A stretch of DNA of 64,000 nucleotides from Balanoglossus misakiensis. Taxonomy: Eukaryota > Animalia > Hemichordata. Of the stretch, positions 21,810 to 34,400 are shown piece by piece. The position numbers were made by a program, and so were the translations under genes. The first letter of the stretch is position 1, and every line of letters begins with the position of its first letter. The DNA lies in assembly GCA_040954595.2 (NCBI GenBank), contig CM082581.2:1232699-1296698 (forward strand), in the 5' to 3' direction. The notes below the pieces were generated by a model. The model had not been told where the DNA came from and made no database searches. It was given only the letters and a program-made list of their open reading frames with translations.

Positions 21810-24554
21810 AAGTTCATGTTGTGCCTGGCTGGAACGATTTTGTAAAAGAAAGTCACGACTATGCCCGTTCCATGTTTTTATTATGGGTTAATGTGGGTTA
21901 ACCTAAACAAGGCCCGCTTTTTGAAACCATGAAATTTTCCAGAGCTCGTTTTTAGTATGCTTTACGTGCTTGTAAAAAGATTGAGAATCAAAATAGGGCT
22001 GACAAGATGGCTGATAATTTACGCTGCCACAAACAGAACGACTTCTGGGAGGAAGTCAGAAAGCAAACTAGCAGAAAAACGCCGCTTTCTGACACTGTAG
22101 GTGGAGCGACTGGTGAGAGTGAAATTGCAATTATGTGGCACAAGCATTTCAGTGATATTTTGAATTCTGTCCAGGCTCAGACTGGTAAAAATGACATCGA
22201 GGAGAAAATGAAGTATGTTAAATTTTCTTCTGATATGTATGTTTCTGAAGACGAAGTAATTTCTGCTATACATAAGTTACCTGATGGTAAGACAGCTGGC
22301 ATTGACAATATTTTAGCTGAGCACCTCAAATTCTCAGACTCCTCTATTTTACCCTTTTTGACTTGTTGTATTAATGCAATGATTGTTCATGGTTACCTGC
22401 CAACTGAGGCTATCAATGTTAATTTAGTTCCAATTATTAAGGATAAAACTAAGCTTTGTAGTGATGCCAGTAACTACCGGCCGATAGCACTAGCAACTGT
22501 TTTCTCTAAAGTTTTTGAGCATATTTTACTTTCTCGTTATGAGGAGTTTCTTACCTCTCATTATTTACAATTTGGTTTCAAGCGAGAACATTCAACTGAC
22601 CTGTGTTTATTTGCATTTAAAGAAATCATTAGCTACTACACCAGCAATGGAAGACCAGTGTTTACTTGTTTTCTGGATGCTTCAAAAGCTTTTGACAGAG
22701 TTAATCACTTTAAACTGGTTATAATTAACAAGCACATCGACAGGAATGTTCCCTTGTATGCTGTACGAATTTTATATTAATGGTACAGAAATCAATTGTT
22801 TACTGTGTTGTGAGGTAATGAAACCTCAGAGTTGTTTTCTGTTTCTAACGGTGTAAGACAAGGGGGGGTACTCTCTCCCTATCTTTTTAATGTCTACATT
22901 GATGATATTATCAATGCACTCTGTAAAGCCAAAGTTAGCTGTACCATGTGTGGTGTCAGCGCTAACACTTTAGGTTACGCTGACGACATGACTCTACTCA
23001 GTCCAAGTATTAAGGGTCTACGCCGTCTTCTTAGAATTTGTGAAATTTACGGCAAGGATTATGATATCATTTATAATTCTAGTAAAACTGTGTGCATGCT
23101 TTTTAATGGGAAGAATATGAGCGTTCAAAGAATTCCTTCGGTTAAACTTAATGACATCACTTTAAAGTTTGTACCTGTACACACCTATCTGGGCCATGTT
23201 ATATCTTGTGATGGTTGTGATAATGAAGATATTGAACGACAGAGAAGAGCATTTTGTGTAAGAGCAAACATGCTATTGAGACATTTTCAACATTGTAGTC
23301 AAGATGTGAAGAAAGTTTTATTTTTGGCATATTGTAGTAATATTTACTGTTGCAGTTTGTGGGCATCCTTTAAAGTTAAACCGATGAAAAAATTTAAAAC
23401 TATGTACAATAATGTTTGCAGAAGATTTCTCGGTCTTCCGCCATTTTGCTGTGCATCGGGTATGTTTGCTACAAACCATGTACATGTATTGTCACTTGGT
23501 GAAGTTTTTAGACGCAATATGTACAGTTTTAAGATGGGTCCCTGGGATCTTTTTGCTCGTTGCTGTGGGCCTTTATAGGACATTACACCCCGATTTGGAC
23601 TAAGCCGTTTTCAGAGTCTAACAAGGGGCTGGTAACTAGTTGAACATCTGCACGATTATGTGCACACCCCCTGTCCGAGTATGTTTACGGCAGCTACCAC
23701 CCGGCCATAGGCCGCCACGCTAATACGGCAAAGCAGGGTCAGCGATAGCGTGCGCGTCCTGTAACCACAGTAACTGGATCGAACGCTAAAAATCCAATGT
23801 TTTGTACACAGAGATTTTGTACCGTTCACGAAAATCCCTAAGGCTTTTTTCATAGGCCACGTACGCCAGTCAAATTTGACCTGCTTGTTGAGAACGCACT
23901 TCCGCACAGTGTGACGGATCGTTTTTTCGGTTTTCGTCGTGCTAAGAAGCGATACCGGTGGAAGAGTGCGTCCAAAAACACCCAAAATCGATGACTTTTT
24001 CAGGTGTGGTACGGGTATGCTGAAATCTTAGGATACAACGATAATATTCGAAAACAAAATCCGTCACGATCTTCCCTGGTTCAAGCAACTAATGAATACG
24101 TATCAAGTTCGTTTTTGAGGTCACGGAATAAAAAGCCTTAGGCTTTTGAAATTTGACCTAGCTAATTTTCATATCAATGGCGTCAGGGGGCGCGCGCTCA
24201 CAATCGTGCAGATTTTCAACTAGTTACCAGCCCCTTGTTAGACTCTGAAAACGGCTTAGTCAAAATCGGGGTGTAATGTCCTATAAAGGCCCATAGCAAC
24301 GAGCAAAAAGATCCCAGGGACCCATCTTAAGCGTAGACTCGAAAATTCTTCTAATGTTTTACTTGATGCGATCTGTTCATCAGATAGAGCGACTGACAGC
24401 ATATTTTTCAAACATTGGCGAAAGCAATTGTATATCATGTAAGTTTTTTTTTGTGTGTGTCTCAGTGTCAGATTATTATTATTGTTTTTTTTTCTTCTCT
24501 CTTTTGGGTATATGGACTTTTTTTAAAGTCTGAAATAAAGAATTGTTATTATTT
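21810..24554 (+). mobile_element. Decayed LINE RT fragment, triplication copy 3
   Basis: ORFs 22007-22780 and 22832-23578; extra TGA at 22811-22813. Confidence 0.93.
23533..24326. mobile_element. TTAA MITE, copy 3
   Basis: Same termini and TSD; carries private variants (one 1-bp deletion, two substitutions in the TIRs). Confidence 0.92.
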
Positions 24555-25435
24555 GTTAGCTGTTGCCATTCAAATGTGTCTACGCAAACCCGGCTACACT
24601 GGCAGTGGGCTTTGACTCTAAGTCGCTAATGTTGTGGGAGGTTTCATTAGCATTGTAGTCACATGTAGTGGATAGTAGTTTGGGAAATTGCCTGAAATAC
24701 GTCAGCAGACCAGTGATTTTCTTGCACGAAGGGAGTTTGGTACCAGCAATAAGCAGAGATCAGGCTTCGTTGCCGTTCAAAAGTTCCTACTTCAGTCGTG
24801 ATGTTGCAACTGGACGTTCAGTATGGGGGTCGGCCCGCAGGTGGCCGTGTGGGTTATCAGGTCGCCCGTAACGGCACGCAGCTACATGCAGCTGTATGGG
24901 ACCAAAATAATACACCCGATTCGGGGGTCACCTGTGACACCTGCGTAACTCAATAATTATGTGCATGCGTAATTGTGGGGTCAATGAAAGGGGTGGTAGC
25001 GTGGTATTTGTTGCACATGGATCAATATGAAGTCCGATTTTCCCGTCAAGTTGTGGGCGACCTTATGTGACCTTTCACCTACTTTTGCTTAGTGAGCATC
25101 TACAGAAGATGCATGCAGCTTTGGCTTGGGGGGGGGGGGCATATACGGATGGGACCATAATGATATACCAAAGGCGGGGTCACCTGTTGCACCTGCCTAA
25201 GTCATTGATTTTGTACATTTAATTGGACACTAACCAACAGGGCGATAGGTGTGGTTTTTGTTCCACAGGGACGAATGTAAGTGTCAGTTGGTTTTTGCCC
25301 AAATGTATAAGGTGATTTTGATGACCTCTGTCATACAGTGCCATATCTCATCCCGTTGTACAGGTGCAGCTTTGGTATTTGGAGGGATGAAACTATCATG
25401 AAATGCCAAATACAGGGGGATACCTTTGACACCTG

Positions 25436-28400
25436 CCATGATTTTTTTCAAAAATCGACGAAATTTTGAGATTTTGCAAAGTCGAAAATTTGTCATTTTT
25501 TGATGATTTTCACCCGTCTTTTTTCAAAAATCGACGAAATTTTGAGATTTTGCAAAAGAGGAAAATTTGTCATTTTTTGATGATTTTCAACATTTTTTTT
25601 AAAAAATCGACGAAAATTTGAGATTTTGCAGTAAAAAAATTGTAATTTTTTGATGATTTTCACCGATGATTTTTTTCAAAATTGACGAAATTTTGAGATT
25701 TTGCAGTCGAAAATTTGTAATTTTTTGATGATTTTCCCCCATGATTTTTTTCAAAAATCGACGAAATTTTGAGATTTTGCAAAGTCGAAAATTTGTCATT
25801 TTTTGATGATTTTCACCCATGATTTTCTTCAAAAATCGACGAAATTTTGAGATTTTGCAAAGTCGAAAATTTGTCATTTTTTGATGATTTTCACCCAATG
25901 TTTTTTTTTCAAAAATGGACGAACCCATGATTTTTTTCAAAATCGACGAAATTTTGAGATTTTGCAAAGTCGAAAATTTGTCATTGTCATGATGATTTTC
26001 AACCATGATTTTTTTCAAAAATTGACGAAATTTTGAGATTTTGCAGTCAAAAATTTGTCATTTTTTGATGATTTTCACCCATGATTTTTTTTCACAAATC
26101 GACGAAATTTTGAGATTTTGCAGTCGTAAATTTGTCATTTTTTAATGATTTTCCTCCATGATTTTTTTTCAAAAATCGACGAAATTTTGAGATTTTGCAA
26201 AGTCTAAAATTTGTCATTTTTTGATGATTTTCACCCATGTCTTTTTTCAAAAATCGACGAAATTTTGAGATTTTGCAAAGAGGAAAATTTGTCATTTTTT
26301 GATGATTTTCAACAATGATTTTTTTTCAAAAATCGACGAAATTTTGAGATTTTGCAGTCAAAAATTTGTCATTTTTTGATGATTTTCAACAATTTTTTTA
26401 AAAAATCGACGAAAATTTGAGATTTTGCAGTAAAAAATTTGTCATTTTTTGATGATTTTCACCCATGATTTTTTCAAAATTGGCAAAATTTTGAGATTTT
26501 GCAAAGTCGAAAATTTGTCATTTTTTGATGATTTTCACCCATGATTTTTTTTCACAAATCGACGAAATTTTGAGATTTTGTAGTCGTTAATTTGTCATTT
26601 TTTGATGATTTTCCCCCATGATTTTTTTCAAAAATCAACGAAATTTTGAGATTTTGCAAAGTCGAAAATTTGTCATTTTTAGATGATTTTCACCCGTCTT
26701 TTTTCAAAAAATCGACGAAATTTTGAGATTTTGCAAAGAGGAAAATTTGTCATTTTTTGATAATTTTCAACAATGATTTATTTCAAAAATCGACGAAATT
26801 TTGAGATTTTGCAGTCGAAAATTTGTCATTTTTTGATGATTTTCCCCCATGATTTTTTTCAAAAATCGACGAAATTTTGAGATTTTGCAAAGTTGAAAAT
26901 TTTTCAAAAATCGACGAAATTTATAGATTTTGCAAAGAGGAAAATTTGTCATTTTTTGATGATTTTCACCCATGATTTTTTTCAAAATTGACGAAATTTT
27001 GAGTTTTTGCAGTCGAAAATTTGTAATTTTTTGATGATTTTCACCCGTTTTTTTTTCAAAAATCGACGAAATTTTGAGATTTTGCAGTCGAAAATTTGTC
27101 ATTTTTTGATGATTTTCACCCATGATTTTTTCAAAATTGACGAAATTTTGAAATTTTGCAGTCGAAAATTTGTCATTTTTTGATCATTTTCCCCATGATT
27201 TTTTTCAAAAATCGACGAAATTTTGAGATTTTGCAAAGTCGAAAATTTGTCATTTTTTGATGATTTTCACCCTTGATTTTCTTCAAAAATCGACGAAATT
27301 TTGAGATTTTGCAAAGTCGAAAATTTGTCATTTTTTGATGATTTTCACCCATGATTTTTTTCAAAAATCGATGAAATTTTGAGATTTTGCAGTAAAAAAA
27401 TTGTCATTATTTGATGATTTTCGACCATGATTTTTTTCAAAATTGACGAAATTTTGAGATTTTGCAGTCGAAAATTTGTCATTTTTTGATCATTTTCCCC
27501 CATGATTTTTTTCAAAAATCGACGAAATTTTCAGATTTTGCAAAGTCGAAAATTAGTCATTTTTTCATGATTTTCACCCATGATTTTTTCAAAAATCGAC
27601 GAAATTTTGAGATTTTGCAAAGTCGAAAATTTGTCATTTTTTGATGATTTTCACCCATGTCTTTTTTCAAAAATCGACGAAATTTTGAGATTTTGCAAAG
27701 AGGAAAATTTGTCATTTTTTGATGAATTTCAACAATGATATTTTTTCAAAAATCGACGAAATTTTGAGATTTTGCAGTAAAAAATTTGTCATTTTTTGAT
27801 GATTTTCAACAATTTTTTTAAAAAATCGACGAAAATTTGAGATTTTGCAGTAAAAAATTTGTCATTTTTTGATGATTTTGACCCATGATTTTTTCAAAAT
27901 TGGCAAAATTTTGAGATTTTGCAAAGTCGAAAATTTGTCATTTTTTGATGATTTTCACCCATGATTTTTTTCAAAAATCGATGAAATTTTGAGATTTTGC
28001 AGTAAAAAAATTGTCATTTTTTGATGATTTTCACCCATGATTTTTTTCAAAATTGACGAAATTTTGAGATTTTGCAGTCGAAAATTTGTCATTTTTTGAT
28101 CTTTTTCCCCCATGATTTTTTTCAAAAATCGACGAAATTTTCAGATTTTGCAAAGTCGAAAATTTGTCATTTTTTCATGATTTTCACCCATGATTTTTTT
28201 GAAAAATCGACGAAATTTTGAGATTTTGCAGTCGAAAATTTGTCATTTTTTGATGATTTTCACCCATGATTTTTTTCAAAAATCGACGAAATTTTGAGAT
28301 TTTGCAAAGTCGAAAATTTGTCATTTTTTGATGATTTTCACCCATGATTTTCTTCAAAAATCGACGAAATTTTGAGATTTTGCAAAGTCGAAAATTTGTC

Positions 28401-31400
28401 ATTTTTTGATGATTTTCACCCATGATTTTTTTCAAAAATCGACGAAATTTTGAGATTTTGCAAAGTCGAAAATTTGTCATTTTTTGATGGTTTTCACCCA
28501 TGATTTTTTTTCAAAAATCGACGAAATTTTGAGATTTTGCAAAGTCGAAAATGTGTCATTTTTTGATGATTTTCACCCGTTTTTTTTTCAAAATTTGTCA
28601 TTTTTTCATGATTTTCACCCATGATTTTTTTCAAAAATCGACGAAATTTTGAGATTTTGCAAAGTCGAAAATTTGTCATTTTTTGATGATTTTCACCCAT
28701 GATTTTTTTCAAAAATCGACGAAATTTTGAGATTTTGCAAAGTCGAAAATGTGTCATTTTTTGATGATTTTCACCCATGTTTTTTTTTTTTAAATCGACG
28801 AACCTATGATTTTTTTCAAAATCGACGAAATTTTGTGATTTTGCAAAGTCGAAAATTTTGTCATTTTTTGATGATTTTCAACCATGATTTTTTTTCAAAA
28901 ATTGACGAAATTTTGAGATTTTGCAAAATCGAAAATTTGTCATTTTTTGATGATTTTCCCCCAATGGTTTTTTTCAAAATCGACGAAATTTTGAGATTTT
29001 GCAAAGTCGAAAATTTGTCATTTTTTGATGATTTTCCCCCATGATTTTTTTTCAAAAATGGACGAAATTTTGAGATTTTGCAAAGACGAAAATTTGTCAT
29101 TTTTTGATGATTTTCACCCATGATTTTTTTTCAAAAATCGACGAAATTTTGAGATTTTGCAAAGTCGAAAATGTGTCATTTTTTGATGATTTTCACCCGT
29201 TTTTTTTCAAAATTTGTCATTTTTTGATGATTTTCACCCATGATTTTTTTTCAAAAATCGACGAAATTTTGAGATTTTGCAAAGTCGAAAATGTGTCATT
29301 TTTTGATGATTTTCACCCATGATTTTTTTCAAAAATCGACGAAATTTTGAGATTTTGCGAAGTCGAAAATTTGTCATTTTTTGATGATTTTCACCCATGA
29401 TTTTTTTCAAAAATCGACGAAATGTTGAGATTTTGCAAAGTCGAAAATTTGTCATTTTTTGATGATTTTCACCCATGATTTTTTTCAAAAATCGACGAAA
29501 TTTTGAGATTTTGCAGAGGAAAATGTGTCATTTTTTGATGATTTTCACCCGTTTTTTTTTTCAAAATTTGTCATTTTTTGATGATTTTCTCCCATGATTT
29601 TTTTCAAAAATTGACGAAATTTTGAGATTTTGCAAAGTCGAAAATTTGTCATTTTTTGATGATTTTCACCCATGATTTTTTTCAAAAATCGACGAAATTT
29701 TGAGATTTTGCAAAGTCGAAAATTTGTCATTTTTTGATGATTTTCAACCATGATTTTTTTCAAAAATCGACGAAATTTTGAGATTTTGCAAAGAGGAAAA
29801 TTTGTCATTTTTTCATGATTTTCCCCCATGATTTTTTTCAAAAATCGACGAAAATTTGAGATTTTGCAAAGACGAAAATTTGTCATTTTTGATGATTTTT
29901 ACCCATGATTTTTTTTCAAAAATGGACGAAATTTTGAGATTTTGCAAAGACGAAAATTTGTCATTTTTTGATGATTTTCACCAATGATTTTTTTTTCAAA
30001 ATTTGTCATTTTTTGATGATTTTCTCCCATGATTTTTTTCAAAAATTGACGAAATTTTGAGATTTTGCAAAGTCGAAAATTTGTCATTTTTTGATGATTT
30101 TCACCCATGTTTTTTTTCAAAAATCGACGAAATTTTGAGATTTTGCAAAGACGAAAATTTGTCATTTTTTGATGATTTTCACCCATGATTTTTTTTCAAA
30201 AATCGACGAAATTTTGAGATTTTGCAAAGTCGAAAATGTGTCATTTTTTGATGATTTTCACCCGTTTTTTTTCAAAATTTGTCATTTTTTGATGATTTTC
30301 ACCCATGATTTTTTTTCAAAAATCGACGAAATTTTGAGATTTTGCAAAGTCGAAAATGTGTCATTTTTTGATGATTTTCACCCATGATTTTTTTCAAAAA
30401 TCGACGAAATTTTGAGATTTTGCGAAGTCGAAAATTTGTCATTTTTTGATGATTTTCACCCATGATTTTTTTCAAAAATCGACGAAATGTTGAGATTTTG
30501 CAAAGTCGAAAATTTGTCATTTTTTGATGATTTTCACCCATGATTTTTTTCAAAAATCGACGAAATTTTGAGATTTTGCAGAGGAAAATGTGTCATTTTT
30601 TGATGATTTTCACCCGTTTTTTTTTTCAAAATTTGTCATTTTTTGATGATTTTCTCCCATGATTTTTTTCAAAAATTGACGAAATTTTGAGATTTTGCAA
30701 AGTCGAAAATTTGTCATTTTTTGATGATTTTCACCCATGATTTTTTTCAAAAATCGACGAAATTTTGAGATTTTGCAAAGTCGAAAATTTGTCATTTTTT
30801 GATGATTTTCAACCATGATTTTTTTCAAAAATCGACGAAATTTTGAGATTTTGCAAAGAGGAAAATTTGTCATTTTTTCATGATTTTCCCCCATGATTTT
30901 TTTCAAAAATCGACGAAAATTTGAGATTTTGCAAAGACGAAAATTTGTCATTTTTGATGATTTTTACCCATGATTTTTTTTCAAAAATGGACGAAATTTT
31001 GAGATTTTGCAAAGACGAAAATTTGTCATTTTTTGATGATTTTCACCAATGATTTTTTTTTCAAAATTTGTCATTTTTTGATGATTTTCTCCCATGATTT
31101 TTTTCAAAAATTGACGAAATTTTGAGATTTTGCAAAGTCGAAAATTTGTCATTTTTTGATGATTTTCACCCATGTTTTTTTTCAAAAATCGACGAAATTT
31201 TGAGATTTTGCAAAGTCGAAAATTTGTCATTTTTTGATGATTTTCCCCCATGTTTTTTTTTTTAAATGGACGAAATTTTGAGATTTTGCAAAGACGAAAA
31301 TTTGTTATTTTTTGATGATTTTCACCCATGATTTTTTCAAAAATTGACGAAATTTTGAGATTTTGCAAAGTCGAAAATTTGTCATTTTTGATGATTTTCA

Positions 31401-34400
31401 CACATGATTTTTTTCAAAAATCGACGAAATTGTGAGATTTTGCAAAGACGAAAATTTGTCATTTTTTGATGATTTTTACCCATGATTTTTTTTCAAAAAT
31501 GGACGAAATTTTGAGGTTTTGCAAAGTCGAAAATTTGTCATTTTTTGATGATTTTCACACATGATTTTTTTCAAAAATCGACGAAATTGTGAGATTTTGC
31601 AAAGACGAAAATTTGTCATTTTTTGATGATTTTTACCCATGATTTTTTTTCAAAAATGGACGAAATTTTGAGGTTTTGCAAAGTCGAAAATTTGTTATTT
31701 TTTGATGATTTTCACCCATGTCTTTTTTTAAAAATCGACGAAATTTTGAGATTTTGCAAAGAGGAAAATTTGTCATTTTTTCATGATTTTCCCCCATGAT
31801 TTTTTTCAAAAATTGACGAAATTTTGAGATTTTGCAAAGTCGAAAATTTGTCATTTTTTGATGATTTTCACCCATGATTTTTTTTCACAAATCGACGAAA
31901 TTTTGAGATTTTGCAAAGAGGAAAATTTGTCATTTTTTCATGATTTTCCCCCATGATTTTTTTAAAAAATCGACGAAATTTTGTGATTTTGCAGTCGAAA
32001 ATTTGTCATTTTTTGATCATTTTCCCCATGATTTTTTTCAAAAATCGACGAAATTTTGAGATTTTGCAAAGTCGAAAATTTGTCATTTTTTGATGATTTT
32101 CACCCTTGATTTTCTTCAAAAATCGACGAAATTTTGAGATTTTGCAAAGTCGAAAATTTGTCATTTTTTGATGATTTTCACCCATGATTTTTTTCAAAAA
32201 TCGATGAAATTTTGAGATTTTGCAGTAAAAAAATTGTCATTATTTGATGATTTTCGACCATGATTTTTTTCAAAATTGACGAAATTTTGAGATTTTGCAG
32301 TCGAAAATTTGTCATTTTTTGATCATTTTCCCCCATGATTTTTTTCAAAAATCGACGAAATTTTCAGATTTTGCAAAGTCGAAAATTAGTCATTTTTTCA
32401 TGATTTTCACCCATGATTTTTTCAAAAATCGACGAAATTTTGAGATTTTGCAAAGTCGAAAATTTGTCATTTTTTGATGATTTTCACCCATGTCTTTTTT
32501 CAAAAATCGACGAAATTTTGAGATTTTGCAAAGAGGAAAATTTGTCATTTTTTGATGATTTTCAACAATGATATTTTTTCAAAAATCGACGAAATTTTGA
32601 GATTTTGCAGTAAAAAATTTGTCATTTTTTGATGATTTTCAACAATTTTTTTAAAAAATCGACGAAAATTTGAGATTTTGCAGTAAAAAATTTGTCATTT
32701 TTTGATGATTTTGACCCATGATTTTTTCAAAATTGGCAAAATTTTGAGATTTTGCAAAGTCGAAAATTTGTCATTTTTTGATGATTTTCACCCATGATTT
32801 TTTTCAAAAATCGATGAAATTTTGAGATTTTGCAGTAAAAAAATTGTCATTTTTTGATGATTTTCACCCATGATTTTTTTCAAAATTGACGAAATTTTGA
32901 GATTTTGCAGTCGAAAATTTGTCATTTTTTGATCTTTTTCCCCCATGATTTTTTTCAAAAATCGACGAAATTTTCAGATTTTGCAAAGTCGAAAATTTGT
33001 CATTTTTTCATGATTTTCACCCATGATTTTTTTGAAAAATCGACGAAATTTTGAGATTTTGCAGTCGAAAATTTGTCATTTTTTGATGATTTTCACCCAT
33101 GATTTTTTTCAAAAATCGACGAAATTTTGAGATTTTGCAAAGTCGAAAATTTGTCATTTTTTGATGATTTTCACCCATGATTTTCTTCAAAAATCGACGA
33201 AATTTTGAGATTTTGCAAAGTCGAAAATTTGTCATTTTTTGATGATTTTCACCCATGATTTTTTTCAAAAATCGACGAAATTTTGAGATTTTGCAAAGTC
33301 GAAAATTTGTCATTTTTTGATGGTTTTCACCCATGATTTTTTTTCAAAAATCGACGAAATTTTGAGATTTTGCAAAGTCGAAAATGTGTCATTTTTTGAT
33401 GATTTTCACCCGTTTTTTTTTCAAAATTTGTCATTTTTTCATGATTTTCACCCATGATTTTTTTCAAAAATCGACGAAATTTTGAGATTTTGCAAAGTCG
33501 AAAATTTGTCATTTTTTGATGATTTTCACCCATGATTTTTTTCAAAAATCGACGAAATTTTGAGATTTTGCAAAGTCGAAAATGTGTCATTTTTTGATGA
33601 TTTTCACCCATGTTTTTTTTTTTTAAATCGACGAACCTATGATTTTTTTCAAAATCGACGAAATTTTGTGATTTTGCAAAGTCGAAAATTTTGTCATTTT
33701 TTGATGATTTTCAACCATGATTTTTTTTCAAAAATTGACGAAATTTTGAGATTTTGCAAAATCGAAAATTTGTCATTTTTTGATGATTTTCCCCCAATGG
33801 TTTTTTTCAAAATCGACGAAATTTTGAGATTTTGCAAAGTCGAAAATTTGTCATTTTTTGATGATTTTCCCCCATGATTTTTTTTCAAAAATGGACGAAA
33901 TTTTGAGATTTTGCAAAGACGAAAATTTGTCATTTTTTGATGATTTTCACCCATGATTTTTTTTCAAAAATCGACGAAATTTTGAGATTTTGCAAAGTCG
34001 AAAATGTGTCATTTTTTGATGATTTTCACCCGTTTTTTTTCAAAATTTGTCATTTTTTGATGATTTTCACCCATGATTTTTTTTCAAAAATCGACGAAAT
34101 TTTGAGATTTTGCAAAGTCGAAAATGTGTCATTTTTTGATGATTTTCACCCATGATTTTTTTCAAAAATCGACGAAATTTTGAGATTTTGCGAAGTCGAA
34201 AATTTGTCATTTTTTGATGATTTTCACCCATGATTTTTTTCAAAAATCGACGAAATGTTGAGATTTTGCAAAGTCGAAAATTTGTCATTTTTTGATGATT
34301 TTCACCCATGATTTTTTTCAAAAATCGACGAAATGTTGAGATTTTGCAAAGTCGAAAATTTTGTCATTTTTTGATGATTTTCAACCATGATTTTTTTCAA

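Larger units (their letters stand above)
15594..24915 (+). repeat. Tandem triplication of a 3108-bp unit (15594-18701, 18702-21809, 21810-24915)
   Basis: Identical junction ...AATAATACAC|AAGTTCATGTTGTG at 18701/18702 and 21809/21810; ORFs recur at +3108 (15791, 18899, 22007). Confidence 0.97.
14605..25435 (+). mobile_element. Helentron/HINE-like non-autonomous element (tentative) hosting the LINE; 3' end not seen
   Basis: After TTT, an 11-bp stem AGGGGACCAAG (14605-14615)/CTTGGTCCCCT (14628-14638), then a (TTCT)-rich tract. Diverged internal direct repeats occur on both sides of the LINE (15008-15180 vs 18393-18560) and at ~240-250-bp spacing near 24923, 25176 and 25416. Confidence 0.5.

Noticed and set aside
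15392-23578. RT plus adjacent repeat array as a retron, DGR or other novel RT system
   Set aside because: The RT is an ordinary LINE ORF2 with endonuclease remnant, polyA signal and tail, disabled by stops in all three copies. No sequence link to the satellite.
15594-24915. Three independent or site-specific LINE insertions
   Set aside because: Units share the same stops, the same MITE insertion and ~360 bp of downstream flank, and begin mid-ORF, so this is DNA-level amplification.
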